From an uncultured Bacteroidales bacterium (lineage in GTDB: Bacteria > Bacteroidota > Bacteroidia > Bacteroidales > P3), in NCBI GenBank assembly GCA_937915785.1, contig CALGGY010000155.1, positions 8,458-72,457 on the forward strand: a stretch of DNA of 64,000 bases. The letters are read 5' to 3'. The notes beneath the pieces were generated by a model. The model did no database searches. It saw nothing but the letters and a program-made list of their open reading frames with translations, and was not told the DNA's origin. The translations under genes were made by a program, and so were the position numbers. Each line of letters begins with the position of its first letter. The stretch's first letter is position 1. This document shows positions 20,601 through 29,425 of the stretch, in pieces.

Positions 20601-20667
20601 TAGCTATGAGTGTTCCTACTGCAAAAAAGCTTACAAACAATCCAATAAATACTTTTCTAATCTTCAT
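17647..20667 (-). CDS. Large secreted Asp-box/BNR (sortilin/Ycf48-like beta-propeller) protein with a T9SS C-terminal sorting domain
   Basis: The 1006-aa ORF has an Asp-box (FKTTDGGEHWTQV). Its C-terminus KVYPNPAFGLAHVDF...GVYVVRVVAGTQPMTSKLIVK is a typical T9SS CTD. Confidence 0.82.
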   Translation of the reverse strand: MKIRKVFIGLFVSFFAVGTLIATSANFSIGRRAVNNSNDKAKVAKSADDQIVELGPDNIAGRVRALIFDNQDSTNQTMYAGGIAGGLFKTTDGGEHWTQVPMYLASGVQVNLPISCMTQTSDGVIYIGTGEGFVETGMNNHVSTPVGRGLYRMVNDTSYAVIPATAPVSDTISSNTDEWAFINRLAAAEYNNVLYFYAATNSGLYRWKIQSDSDWNNAPVKIFSGAVQDVDLSLVKKILFFTSTNKIYKITNVESDSQQFVEISSNYIDTSNISRIEVAVAPSDENYVYAVVADTNGLSKGVYMTNNQQVWEIITTSTTNIFSSKKSGWHNNAITVFPDNPKKIAVGGNALWIGEGFEGATLYTWTKSAYTENDLNVGDYMNNVYSSSSFVHSGIHNIVFPAHLNTSADQRTFFIATDGGVFSTSNAGNSFTMRNYGLKTLQSYSIAVANDASVLSGAQDNAVSFIASRNASDNGTLNTTAQVIWRGSGAGVASSMFQLLSPINRRCIFVSSEQSAIGRAYADYNDYTNTQTWSIGNDFHNGNIVNGPDVTPMLLWETTTDTRIEDSVTFTLDTNSKVKRGNEELYVRNPDLSDTARMDFTIQAGDTILVRSRGHFDYPFQYVFPTTFVAKDKLTHTVKNPIQNRFFVASLNGISNMVYMCNTATDFSRSESGMSWISLINFRKSVPHCLAISNDGDCLYIAIDDVDGGSRLVRFKNLLSGNSSTVLSYYPGDPNSPCVIDVDTVVFNGSDKLARRITSIAVDPRQGTDNIVVTCGDFEDEPNLYYITNAANNYNVSAKNVVAKTMPLYSSMIEMTTGNVYVGSENGLFITSNIASAQPTWNLHGNFVGTPVFAIKQQTNSMRYKETTYLSGANEEQYAWGKTKYPGAIYYATYGHGLYMDKQYITDTVNEIAIDDATPVASQNGIKVYPNPAFGLAHVDFAVAQSTTADIQVYDMSGRVVYTKALGKVETGLHSQVIPCDKFNKGVYVVRVVAGTQPMTSKLIVK

Positions 20668-20720
20668 AAGATATTTATTATTAGTTTTCTAACATTTTTT
20701 TTCAGTTTCAATACAAATGG

Positions 20721-20728
20721 CAAAGATA
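20721..20728 (-). promoter_or_regulatory. Bacteroidota -7 promoter box (TATCTTTG on the minus strand)
   Basis: Matches TAnnTTTG about 54 nt upstream of the ATG at 20667. Confidence 0.4.
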
Positions 20729-20931
20729 GTATTTTTTTTTCATATATCCGCAACTTTTGATATTTTTTTATTTTTCATCACACAAAAAGCACTGATTATC
20801 CGCTGGTTTATGGTTGTTTTTTTATTGAACGGCTTAGGAAAATTAACTTTTTTTAATAATGGTTTTATACGAATGGATATGATTTTGGCGTTTTTGGGTT
20901 CACATTATAAATAACTACAAAAACCAAAACA

Positions 20932-21927
20932 ATGGAAGAGACAATCGACATACGCGAACTTAACGAAAAGATACAGGCCGAAAGTGCTTTTGTTGACCTG
21001 CTGAACTCCGAGATGCGCAAGAACATCGTTGGGCAGAAACACATGATAGAGAGCATGATGATAAGCCTTTTGGCAAACGGGCACATACTTCTCGAAGGTG
21101 TGCCAGGCTTGGCCAAGACACTGACTATCACCTCGATGGCCGAAGCCATTCAGGCCAAGTTCAGCCGCATACAGTTCACTCCCGACCTGCTGCCCGCCGA
21201 CCTTATCGGAACGCTGATATACAGCCAGAAAAACGAGAGTTTCAATGTGAAGAAAGGCCCCATTTTCTCCAATTTCATCCTTGCCGACGAGATAAACCGC
21301 GCCCCTGCCAAAGTGCAGAGCGCCCTGCTGGAAGCCATGCAGGAGCGGCAAGTTACCATCGGCGAAAGCACTTTCAAGCTGGAGGAGCCTTTCCTTGTGC
21401 TTGCCACACAAAACCCCATCGAGCAGGAAGGCACCTACGCGCTGCCCGAGGCTCAGGTGGACCGTTTTATGATGAAAGTGGTTATTTCGTATCCCAAAAA
21501 GGATGAGGAGAAACAAATACTGCACCAGAGCCTTGCCAAAGAGTCCAACGGCATAAAACCGGTGTTGCGTCCGGAGGACATTATACGTGCCCGCTCGGTG
21601 GTGCGCGATGTGTACATGGACGAGAAAATCGAGAACTACATCACCGACATCATTTTTGCCACCCGCTACCCGGAGGAATACAAGCTGGGCAAGCTCAAAG
21701 GCCTTATCAGCTACGGTGCCTCGCCGCGTGGCTCCATCAACTTGGCCATCGCCGCCAAGGCCTACGCCTTTATCAAACGCCGCGGATATGTGATTCCAGA
21801 AGACATACGCGCCGTTTCGATGGACATTCTGCGCCACCGCATTGGGCTCACCTACGAGGCCGAAGCAGAGAATATTTCTTCGGAAGAGATTGTAAACGAG
21901 ATACTTAACAGCGTAGAAGTACCCTAA
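20932..21927 (+). CDS. MoxR-family AAA+ ATPase (first gene of the Bat-type operon)
   Basis: The 331-aa ORF carries HILLEGVPGLAKT (Walker A) and ILADEINRAPAKVQSALLEAM, typical of MoxR. Confidence 0.93.
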   Translation: MEETIDIRELNEKIQAESAFVDLLNSEMRKNIVGQKHMIESMMISLLANGHILLEGVPGLAKTLTITSMAEAIQAKFSRIQFTPDLLPADLIGTLIYSQKNESFNVKKGPIFSNFILADEINRAPAKVQSALLEAMQERQVTIGESTFKLEEPFLVLATQNPIEQEGTYALPEAQVDRFMMKVVISYPKKDEEKQILHQSLAKESNGIKPVLRPEDIIRARSVVRDVYMDEKIENYITDIIFATRYPEEYKLGKLKGLISYGASPRGSINLAIAAKAYAFIKRRGYVIPEDIRAVSMDILRHRIGLTYEAEAENISSEEIVNEILNSVEVP

Positions 21928-21976
21928 TCCTGCAAACAGAACCAGACACTCTACCCTACTCTGAAAGGAAATACGG

Positions 21977-22855
21977 ATGGACAACGAAAAAGATTTATTC
22001 AAGAGGGTCCGCAAGATAGAGATAAAAGCACGGGGACTGTCGCAGCAAATGTTTTCGGGCGAATACCACAGTGCCTTCCGCGGACGCGGCATGGCTTTCA
22101 GCGAGGTGCGCGAATACCAGTACGGCGACGACGTGCGCAACATCGACTGGAACGTTACCGCCCGTTTGAACCACCCCTACGTGAAGGTTTTTGAGGAGGA
22201 ACGCGAACTTACCGTGATGCTGCTGATAGACGTGAGCGGTTCCAACAATTTCGGCACCCGCGCCAACCTGAAACGCGACATGATTGCCGAGCTGGCAGCC
22301 GTTCTGGCCTTTTCGGCAATACAGAACAACGACAAGGTGGGTGTGATTTTCTTCAGCAACAAGATTGAAAAATTCATCCCTCCGAAAAAAGGGTCAACCC
22401 ACATACTGCGCATAATACGCGAACTGATAACCTTTGAGCCCGAAAACACCACCACCGACCTGTCGCAGGCACTGAAATATTTCACCAACGTTATAAAAAA
22501 ACGCTCCACAACATTCGTTATCAGCGATTTCTACGACAAAGGCTTCGACGACGCGCTGAAAATTGCCTCGCGCAAGCACGACATTGTGGCACTGCGCATT
22601 GCCGACCGCCACGAACAATCGCTGCCGCAGATGGGACTGGTGAACTTTTTCGACCAAGAAACGCAACAGAGGATCTGCATAGACACCTCCGACTCCAGTG
22701 TGCGCAACGCTTTTGCCAAAGCCTACGCCGACCACACCAAGAAAACAGTTGACCTGTTTTCGAAATACGGCATCGACAACACGCTGATTCTCACCGACGA
22801 CGACTATGTGAAACCGCTGATGAAACTTTTCAAACTGCGCGGACAAAAAATGTAA
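21977..22855 (+). CDS. DUF58 domain protein
   Basis: The 292-aa ORF carries VREYQYGDDVRNIDWNVTAR, the DUF58 signature. It occupies the canonical position after moxR. Confidence 0.9.
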   Translation: MDNEKDLFKRVRKIEIKARGLSQQMFSGEYHSAFRGRGMAFSEVREYQYGDDVRNIDWNVTARLNHPYVKVFEEERELTVMLLIDVSGSNNFGTRANLKRDMIAELAAVLAFSAIQNNDKVGVIFFSNKIEKFIPPKKGSTHILRIIRELITFEPENTTTDLSQALKYFTNVIKKRSTTFVISDFYDKGFDDALKIASRKHDIVALRIADRHEQSLPQMGLVNFFDQETQQRICIDTSDSSVRNAFAKAYADHTKKTVDLFSKYGIDNTLILTDDDYVKPLMKLFKLRGQKM

Positions 22856-22861
22856 CCCCTC

Positions 22862-23842
22862 ATGACCAAGACCATACATATATTACTGCTGGCCCTGCTC
22901 GGCACCGCCATTTCGGCTACGGCACAAATCAAAGTAAAAAGTGCCATCGACACCGCCAGCATAACCATTGGCGACCACACCCGCCTTACCATCACCGCCG
23001 AAAACCCAGGGCAGGCCTTTTTGCTTTTCCCCGCACCCGACGAGATTGCCCAAAACGGCATCGAGGTGATAAGCCAACGGTTGGACACCACCCTCGACGC
23101 CAATGGCAAAATACTGAATATCAGCCAACAATCCACCATCACCGCTTTCAGCGAAGGTGTGGACACCGTAAACCCGCTTGCCGTGCGATACCAGCCTCAA
23201 GGCGACTCGGCCACCACCCTATGGACCGAACCCTTGTACCTTGCGGTGAACAGCGTGGAGGTGGACACCACCCAAGCCATCAAAGACATTGAGGACATAA
23301 TGAAAGTGCCCCTCACTTTCCGCGAAGTGCTGCCGTGGATACTGCTTGCACTTGGCATTGCGGCAATAGCCGTGGTTCTGTGGTTTTTGTACAAGCATCT
23401 GAAAAAGAGAAAGAAACCCGAGCCTGAGCATAAAAAACCGTCGATACCGGCCGACACCCTTGCCCTTGGACAATTGGAGCAGCTACGTACCGAAGGCCTT
23501 TGGAAACAAGGACGCGCCAAAGAATACCACACCACACTCACCGACATTCTGCGCCAATATCTGTACAACCAATACGACATAGACGCCACCGAGATGACCA
23601 GCGACCAGATTGCCGAAGCCTGCGAGAGCATTGCCGACATCGACGCCGAACAAACGGGCGTCCTGCGCGAGATACTGCAAACCGCCGACCTTGTGAAATT
23701 TGCCAAAGCCGAGCCTCAGCCATGGGAACACGACCGCTCGATGAGCCAGTCGGTAGATTTTGTGACACAAACGGCAAATGCCACCAAACAACGTCTGCAA
23801 CAGATTCAGATGCAGCAAAAACAACAAAACAAAACCGAATAG
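22862..23842 (+). CDS. BatD-like single-pass membrane protein (third gene of the Bat-type operon)
   Basis: The 326-aa ORF has a signal peptide, a central TM helix (LPWILLALGIAAIAVVLWFLY) and then KRKK. The cytoplasmic tail pattern (EYHTTLTDILRQYL...EMTSDQI...ADLVKFAK) parallels the BatD tail (FYVEIYQAIWGYV...VDFARFAP). Confidence 0.78.
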   Translation: MTKTIHILLLALLGTAISATAQIKVKSAIDTASITIGDHTRLTITAENPGQAFLLFPAPDEIAQNGIEVISQRLDTTLDANGKILNISQQSTITAFSEGVDTVNPLAVRYQPQGDSATTLWTEPLYLAVNSVEVDTTQAIKDIEDIMKVPLTFREVLPWILLALGIAAIAVVLWFLYKHLKKRKKPEPEHKKPSIPADTLALGQLEQLRTEGLWKQGRAKEYHTTLTDILRQYLYNQYDIDATEMTSDQIAEACESIADIDAEQTGVLREILQTADLVKFAKAEPQPWEHDRSMSQSVDFVTQTANATKQRLQQIQMQQKQQNKTE

Positions 23843-23846
23843 CACC

Positions 23847-24860
23847 ATGTTTTCATCCATAATATTTGCCAACCCCAAACTACTATTACTACTACTGCTT
23901 GTGCCCGCTGCCATAGTGTGGTACGTGCTGAAATACCGCAAACAGAAACCCGAGTTGCATTTCTCCAACGTAAGTTTCTTTTCCGGCAAGGTGAAAAAGA
24001 CCCTCCGCCAGCGGCTTGCGCACACAGTGTTTGTGCTGCAGATGATAGCCCTAACGGCAGCGATAATAGCCATGGCGCGTCCGCAAAGCAAACTCAGCCG
24101 TCAGGAGATGAAGGTTGAAGGCATCGACATAATGCTCACCATCGACGTTTCGGGCACCATGCTTGCCGAGGATTTCAAACCCAACCGCCTGAAAGCCGCC
24201 AAGAGCGTGGCCAAGGACTTTATCGACGGACGCAAGACCGACCGCATAGGTCTTGTGGTGTTTGCCGGCGAGGCTTTCACCCAAACGCCCCTCACCATAG
24301 ACCACGGCGTGCTGCTGAGCCAGCTCGGCAAAGTGGAATACGGCATGGTTGACGACGGCACCGCCATTGGCGACGGCCTTGCCACCGCCGTGAACCGCAT
24401 AAAAGACAGCAAAGCCGTGAGCAAGGTGATAATACTGCTCACCGACGGCGTGAACAACCGCGGCGCCATGGACCCCCAGTCGGCAGCCGAGATAGCCGCC
24501 CTTTACGGCATACGGCTATATATAATAGGTGTGGGCACGCACGGCCAAGCCCCCTACCCTTTCAAAGTGCAGACCCCCTTCGGCACCCATGTGCAATACC
24601 AGAACATACCCGTGGAGATAGACGAGCCTCTGATGAAAAACATGGCCGAACTCACCGACGGAGGCATGTATTTCCGCGCCACAAACAAAAAATCGCTGGA
24701 ATCCATCTTCAAAGAGATAGACCAGATGGAAAAGACCAAAATAGACGTAACGCAATACAACCAGACCAAGGACGAACACATGCCCTTTGTACTGATAGCC
24801 CTTGCGGCCATGATTTTGGCTGTACTCCTCGGCCTGACCTATTTCAAAACCACCCCATAA
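23847..24860 (+). CDS. batA: VWA-domain membrane protein BatA
   Basis: I placed the start at MFSSIIFANPKLL, inside ORF 23778..24860. The protein has an N-terminal TM helix, the MIDAS motif IDVSGTM and a C-terminal TM helix. Confidence 0.9.
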   Translation: MFSSIIFANPKLLLLLLLVPAAIVWYVLKYRKQKPELHFSNVSFFSGKVKKTLRQRLAHTVFVLQMIALTAAIIAMARPQSKLSRQEMKVEGIDIMLTIDVSGTMLAEDFKPNRLKAAKSVAKDFIDGRKTDRIGLVVFAGEAFTQTPLTIDHGVLLSQLGKVEYGMVDDGTAIGDGLATAVNRIKDSKAVSKVIILLTDGVNNRGAMDPQSAAEIAALYGIRLYIIGVGTHGQAPYPFKVQTPFGTHVQYQNIPVEIDEPLMKNMAELTDGGMYFRATNKKSLESIFKEIDQMEKTKIDVTQYNQTKDEHMPFVLIALAAMILAVLLGLTYFKTTP

Positions 24861-24874
24861 CCTCACACTGAACC

Positions 24875-25942
24875 ATGATACATTTCGAATACCCCATATT
24901 GCTCTGGCTACTGCTGTTGATACCGGCGTTTGTGGCAATCTACATATACCTTCGCATACGCAGGCGTAGGCAGGCAACCGCTTTCGCGGAAGAACGTTTT
25001 TTCCAACACCTCACCCCCGATGTGTCGAACATCAAAACCCACACCAAATTCGGCATACTGATAGCCGCTCTGGCCCTGCTGATAATTGCCGCCGCCAACC
25101 CGCAGACGGGCAGCAAGATGGTGAAAGGCGAACGATCGGGCATCGACGTGGCCATAGCTTTGGACATATCCAACAGCATGCTTGCCGAGGACGTGCAGCC
25201 CAACCGGTTGGAACGCGCCAAAAAAAGCATCTCCGACCTTATCGGCAAATTCAACAACGACCGCGTAGCTCTCATCATATTTGCCGGAAAGGCCTACACA
25301 CAGCTTCCGCTGACAAGCGACTACGGCGCCGCCAAGCTATTTCTTGACGCCGTTAGCACCGACATGATTGAATATCAGGGCACTGCCATCGGGCAAGCCA
25401 TAGAAAAATGTATGGAAACCTTTGGCTACGGCAACGAGGACATACCTTGGGAGAAAAACAAAAGTCGCACCATAATAATAATTTCCGACGGCGAAAACCA
25501 CGAGGACGACGCTGTGGAGGCCGCACAGATAGCCAACGGCGAAGGCATTGTGGTGAACACCATAGGCATGGGCACACCCAACGCCGTGCCAATACCACAA
25601 TACTCGCGCGGCACAAGGCTGGGATACAAAAAAGACCGCGACGGCAACCCCATAACCACCCAACTCAACGAAACTATGCTGCAACAGATAGCACAGGCCG
25701 GCAACGGCACCTACGTGCAGGCAAACAACATCACCGCCGGACTCGACGACATTATGGACCGCATAAGCAAATTAGAAAAAAAGAACTACGGCGAGCAGAT
25801 GTTTGCCGAATATGAGAGCAAATACCAATACCCACTGATAATTGCCATACTGCTGATTATCATCGACTTGCTTATCTTCGAACGCCGTAACAGCATTTTC
25901 AACTACAAAAACATTTTCGGCAAAAGCCCCGACAACAGATAA
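24875..25942 (+). CDS. batB: VWA-domain membrane protein BatB
   Basis: The 355-aa ORF has N- and C-terminal TM helices and the MIDAS motif LDISNSM. Confidence 0.9.
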   Translation: MIHFEYPILLWLLLLIPAFVAIYIYLRIRRRRQATAFAEERFFQHLTPDVSNIKTHTKFGILIAALALLIIAAANPQTGSKMVKGERSGIDVAIALDISNSMLAEDVQPNRLERAKKSISDLIGKFNNDRVALIIFAGKAYTQLPLTSDYGAAKLFLDAVSTDMIEYQGTAIGQAIEKCMETFGYGNEDIPWEKNKSRTIIIISDGENHEDDAVEAAQIANGEGIVVNTIGMGTPNAVPIPQYSRGTRLGYKKDRDGNPITTQLNETMLQQIAQAGNGTYVQANNITAGLDDIMDRISKLEKKNYGEQMFAEYESKYQYPLIIAILLIIIDLLIFERRNSIFNYKNIFGKSPDNR

Positions 25943-25954
25943 CCGAACACAGAA

Positions 25955-26755
25955 ATGAAACACATACTTTATATAATAGTAATCCTGACGGTGGTTTGCA
26001 GCACGGCACAAGCACAAGACTACCGCCGCGCGGCCCGCAAAGGCAACAGTCTGTACAAAGAGAATAAATACAGCGACGCCGAAGTGGAATACCGCCGCTC
26101 GCTGGCTCAGGACAGCACTTTCTACAAAGCGCAATACAACCTTGGCAACGCCCTGTACAAAAAGAAAGAATACACACAAGCAAAGAAATATTTCGCCAAA
26201 GCCGCTCAGGCGGAACAAGCCAACGAAAAAGAACGCAGCGCCGCACTGCACAACATGGGCAACTGCGCACTTCAGGAAGGCCTTGCAGTACGCGACACCA
26301 ACCCCGAAAAAGCCATCAAATCCTATCAAGAAGCAGTGGAGGCCTACAAAAACTCGCTGCGGGTGTCGGACAAAAACAACAACACAAAATACAACCTTGC
26401 CATGGCACAACAGCTGCTGAAACAATTACAGCAACAACAAAACCAAAACAACCAGCAACAACAGAACCAACAAAACCAGAACCAACAAAACCAAGACAAA
26501 CAAAAACAACAGCAAAACAAAGACCAAAACAAGGACCAGCAGCAACAACAGCAGAACCAAAAGAACAATGACCAACAAGACAAGCAAAACAAGGACAAAC
26601 AAAAACAGCAGCAACAGCAACAACAAAAACAGGAGCAAAAAAAGAAAGCCGATGCCGAACGTATGCTCGAAGCTTTGAAAAACAAAGAAAAAAACACCCT
26701 CGAAAAACAGAAAGTGAAAATCCCTGCCGGAGGACGCGTGGAAAAAGATTGGTAA
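25955..26755 (+). CDS. batC: TPR-repeat protein BatC with a long Q/N/K-rich tail
   Basis: The 266-aa ORF has a signal peptide and TPR-like repeats (YNLGNALYKKKEYTQAKKYFAKA). Position in the operon fits BatC. Confidence 0.85.
   Translation: MKHILYIIVILTVVCSTAQAQDYRRAARKGNSLYKENKYSDAEVEYRRSLAQDSTFYKAQYNLGNALYKKKEYTQAKKYFAKAAQAEQANEKERSAALHNMGNCALQEGLAVRDTNPEKAIKSYQEAVEAYKNSLRVSDKNNNTKYNLAMAQQLLKQLQQQQNQNNQQQQNQQNQNQQNQDKQKQQQNKDQNKDQQQQQQNQKNNDQQDKQNKDKQKQQQQQQQKQEQKKKADAERMLEALKNKEKNTLEKQKVKIPAGGRVEKDW
26423..26647 (+). repeat. Low-complexity CAA/CAG/AAC/AAA codon tract (75-aa Q/N/K/D/E-only segment inside batC)
   Basis: BatC residues 157-231 read QLQQQQNQNNQQQQNQQNQNQQNQDKQKQQQNKDQNKDQQQQQQNQKNNDQQDKQNKDKQKQQQQQQQKQEQKKK. 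Confidence 0.9.
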
Positions 26756-26759
26756 AGAT

Positions 26760-28643
26760 ATGGAAACACTAAGAAAAACAAATTTGAAAAAAACACTTGC
26801 CGCATTTTGTGTGATGCTTTGTCTGGCGTTGTTGGCCACAGCCCAGAACGCCCGCATCACAGTATCGGCACCACAAACCGTGGGCGTAGGCCAGCAGTTT
26901 CAGGTGCAACTCAAGGTAAACGCCGAACACTCCAATTTCAAAGCCCCGTCGTTCAAAGGATTAAACCACTTGGGCGGTCCCTACACGTCGCACAGCAGCA
27001 GTATATCGTTTATCAACGGGCGCCAAACAAGCTCAATAGAAATTAGCTACACATACATCCTCTCGGCCAGCAACGAAGGCCGCTTCACCATAGGCTCCGC
27101 CTCATGCGTGGTGGACGGCAAAACCATCTCAAGCGACCCAATAACCATAACTGCCGACAAATCGGCCGGGAACCACAACGCCAACAACGGCGGCGGCAAC
27201 GCATGGGGGAACCAGCGACAGCAGGCACAACAGCCGCAACAAAGCACGCAAATTACCGACAAATCACTGTTTGTAAGGGCAATAGCCAACAAATCGTCGG
27301 TCTACCAAGGCGAAGAAGTTATTGTTACCTACCGGCTTTACTCCCAAGTGCAGCTGCGGCAATTCCAGATAGAAAAACTGCCCAGCAACAAAGGCTTCTG
27401 GAGCGAGGACCTCACCGACGAATCGGCCAACCCACAGGGACGCGAAGAAATTGTCAACGGCCAGCGCTACACAGTGTACGACATCCGCAAAATATCACTT
27501 TTCCCACAAGAAACCGGAACCCTAACCCTCTCACCCATCAACACCGAAGTTACTGCCATTGTCCAGACCCAGCGCGCACGGCAGCAATCGGGCTCCATTT
27601 TCGACATATTTTTCGACGACCCGTTCTTTGGCGGCAGCTCATATCAGGCTGTGAACAAAAAACTAACATCCAACTCCGTGTCCATCAACGTCAAATCGCT
27701 GCCCACCGAACCCGACGGCTACTACGGCGCTGTTGGCGACCTTTCGGTGAAAAGCAGTGTGGACACCAAAAAACTGAAAGCCAACGAAGCCATCACCTAC
27801 ACCCTTACCATCTCCGGCAAGGGCAACCTGATGCTCATCGACAATGTGGACATACAATTCCCGCCATCGTTCGATGTGTACGACCCCAAAATAACGCCAA
27901 ACATAAAACGCTCGGCGGGAGGCGTTAGCGGAAGCAAAACTTTCGAGTGGGTACTTATTCCGCGCAGCGAAGGCAAATACACCATACCCGCAGCCAATTT
28001 AGTGTATTTCAACACCATAAGCCAAACATTTGTAACCAAATCCACCGAAAGCTACGACATCGACGTGGCCAAGGGCGACGGCAGCGTAACGGCAGCCAAC
28101 ACCGCCAAAAACAACGTGAAACTGCTGAACAACGACATAGAATACATAAAAACCGGCAGTGCCTCGCTACACCGCAAAGGCGACACGTTTTTCGGCAGCC
28201 CGCTGTTCTGGATACTGTTCCTTCTGCCCGTGGCACTTGCCATAGCCGCCGTTATCGCCATACGCAAGATAAACCACCGCAACGCCGACCTCGGTGCCGT
28301 GCGTCTGCGCAAAGCCACAAAACAGGCCAAAAAACGTCTGCGCAAAGCCGAAAAACTGCTTGCCACAAACGACGACGAGCAGTTCTACGTGGAAATTTAC
28401 CAAGCCATTTGGGGCTACGTGTCCGACAAATTCACAATACCCACGTCGCAACTGTCGTCGGAAACGATACAAGGCGTGCTGGAAAAGAAAAACGTGGCGG
28501 AAAATGTAAAACAGACTATCATGCAAACCATTGGCGAAGTGGATTTTGCTCGTTTCGCCCCCGGCGACAGCACATCCAAAAAACAATCCATCTACAACCA
28601 AGCCATGCAGATGATACTCGACCTCGAAAACCAATTGAAATAG
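26760..28643 (+). CDS. batD: BatD (oxygen-tolerance family) membrane protein
   Basis: The 627-aa ORF has a signal peptide, a large extracytoplasmic part, a TM helix (LFWILFLLPVALAIAAVIAI) and a cytoplasmic tail. Position fits BatD. Confidence 0.88.
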   Translation: METLRKTNLKKTLAAFCVMLCLALLATAQNARITVSAPQTVGVGQQFQVQLKVNAEHSNFKAPSFKGLNHLGGPYTSHSSSISFINGRQTSSIEISYTYILSASNEGRFTIGSASCVVDGKTISSDPITITADKSAGNHNANNGGGNAWGNQRQQAQQPQQSTQITDKSLFVRAIANKSSVYQGEEVIVTYRLYSQVQLRQFQIEKLPSNKGFWSEDLTDESANPQGREEIVNGQRYTVYDIRKISLFPQETGTLTLSPINTEVTAIVQTQRARQQSGSIFDIFFDDPFFGGSSYQAVNKKLTSNSVSINVKSLPTEPDGYYGAVGDLSVKSSVDTKKLKANEAITYTLTISGKGNLMLIDNVDIQFPPSFDVYDPKITPNIKRSAGGVSGSKTFEWVLIPRSEGKYTIPAANLVYFNTISQTFVTKSTESYDIDVAKGDGSVTAANTAKNNVKLLNNDIEYIKTGSASLHRKGDTFFGSPLFWILFLLPVALAIAAVIAIRKINHRNADLGAVRLRKATKQAKKRLRKAEKLLATNDDEQFYVEIYQAIWGYVSDKFTIPTSQLSSETIQGVLEKKNVAENVKQTIMQTIGEVDFARFAPGDSTSKKQSIYNQAMQMILDLENQLK

Positions 28644-28645
28644 CC

Positions 28646-29416
28646 ATGAAAAGAACAATAAAACATATAACGCTACTTGTAGCAGCACTTTTTACCCTTG
28701 CGGGAAACGCCTTTGCGCAAAGCAACAACGAGCTTTTCAGCCAAGCCAACGAGCAATACAAACAGGGCAATTTTGAACAAAGTTCCACCCTGTACAACCA
28801 AATATTGGCAAATGGCTACGAGTCCGCCACCCTTTACTACAATCTTGGCAACGCCGAATTCCGCCTTGGCAACCTTGGTGGAGCCATACTCAACTACGAG
28901 CGCGCCCACCGCCTCGACCCCTCCGACAACGACATTCAGGCCAACCTTGAGTTTGCCCGCAGCAAAACCACCGACAACGTGAACGAGATACCGCAGTTTT
29001 TCCTTGCCAGCTGGGCCAACAGCATAATAGGACTGTTCTCCACCAACGGCTGGGCAGTGCTGTGCATAGTGCTGATGGTGGTGGTCTGTGCCTTGTGGGC
29101 AATGTTTTTCCTTGTAGGATCGTTCAACGGCAAAAAAGCCACCTTTTTCTCGGCTTTGGCACTGACCGCCTTTCTTGCCGTGGCTTTTGTAAACCTTTGC
29201 GTGAGCAACAACCGCGCCAACAGCCACAACGAGTTCATTGTTATGATGCCCGCCATCACTGTAAAGACTTCGCCCGAAAGCGACGCCACCGACAAATTCC
29301 TGCTCCACGAAGGCACCAAAGTTACCGTTGATGAAACAATTAACGACTGGAGCAAGATAAAGCTCGCCGACGGCAACACCGGATGGACCGAAAACACGAA
29401 CATCGAGAAAATATAA
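28646..29416 (+). CDS. batE: BatE (TPR plus TM plus SH3-like C-terminus)
   Basis: The start is at MKRTIKHITLL (ATG 28646), inside the artificially long ORF 27947..29416. The protein has TPR repeats (YYNLGNAEFRLGNLGGAILNYERA), two TM helices and an SH3b-like end (WSKIKLADGNTGW). Confidence 0.85.
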   Translation: MKRTIKHITLLVAALFTLAGNAFAQSNNELFSQANEQYKQGNFEQSSTLYNQILANGYESATLYYNLGNAEFRLGNLGGAILNYERAHRLDPSDNDIQANLEFARSKTTDNVNEIPQFFLASWANSIIGLFSTNGWAVLCIVLMVVVCALWAMFFLVGSFNGKKATFFSALALTAFLAVAFVNLCVSNNRANSHNEFIVMMPAITVKTSPESDATDKFLLHEGTKVTVDETINDWSKIKLADGNTGWTENTNIEKI

Positions 29417-29425
29417 AAGACCACG

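Noticed and set aside
26344-26860. C/F/L-rich antisense ORFs opposite the batC low-complexity tract.
   Set aside because: They are an artefact of the reverse complement of the CAA/CAG repeats (TTG/CTG).
27947-28645. The N-terminal 233 codons of ORF 27947..29416, which overlap batD in another frame.
   Set aside because: This part is R/H/Q-rich nonsense. BatE clearly begins at MKRTIKH (28646), three nt after the batD stop.
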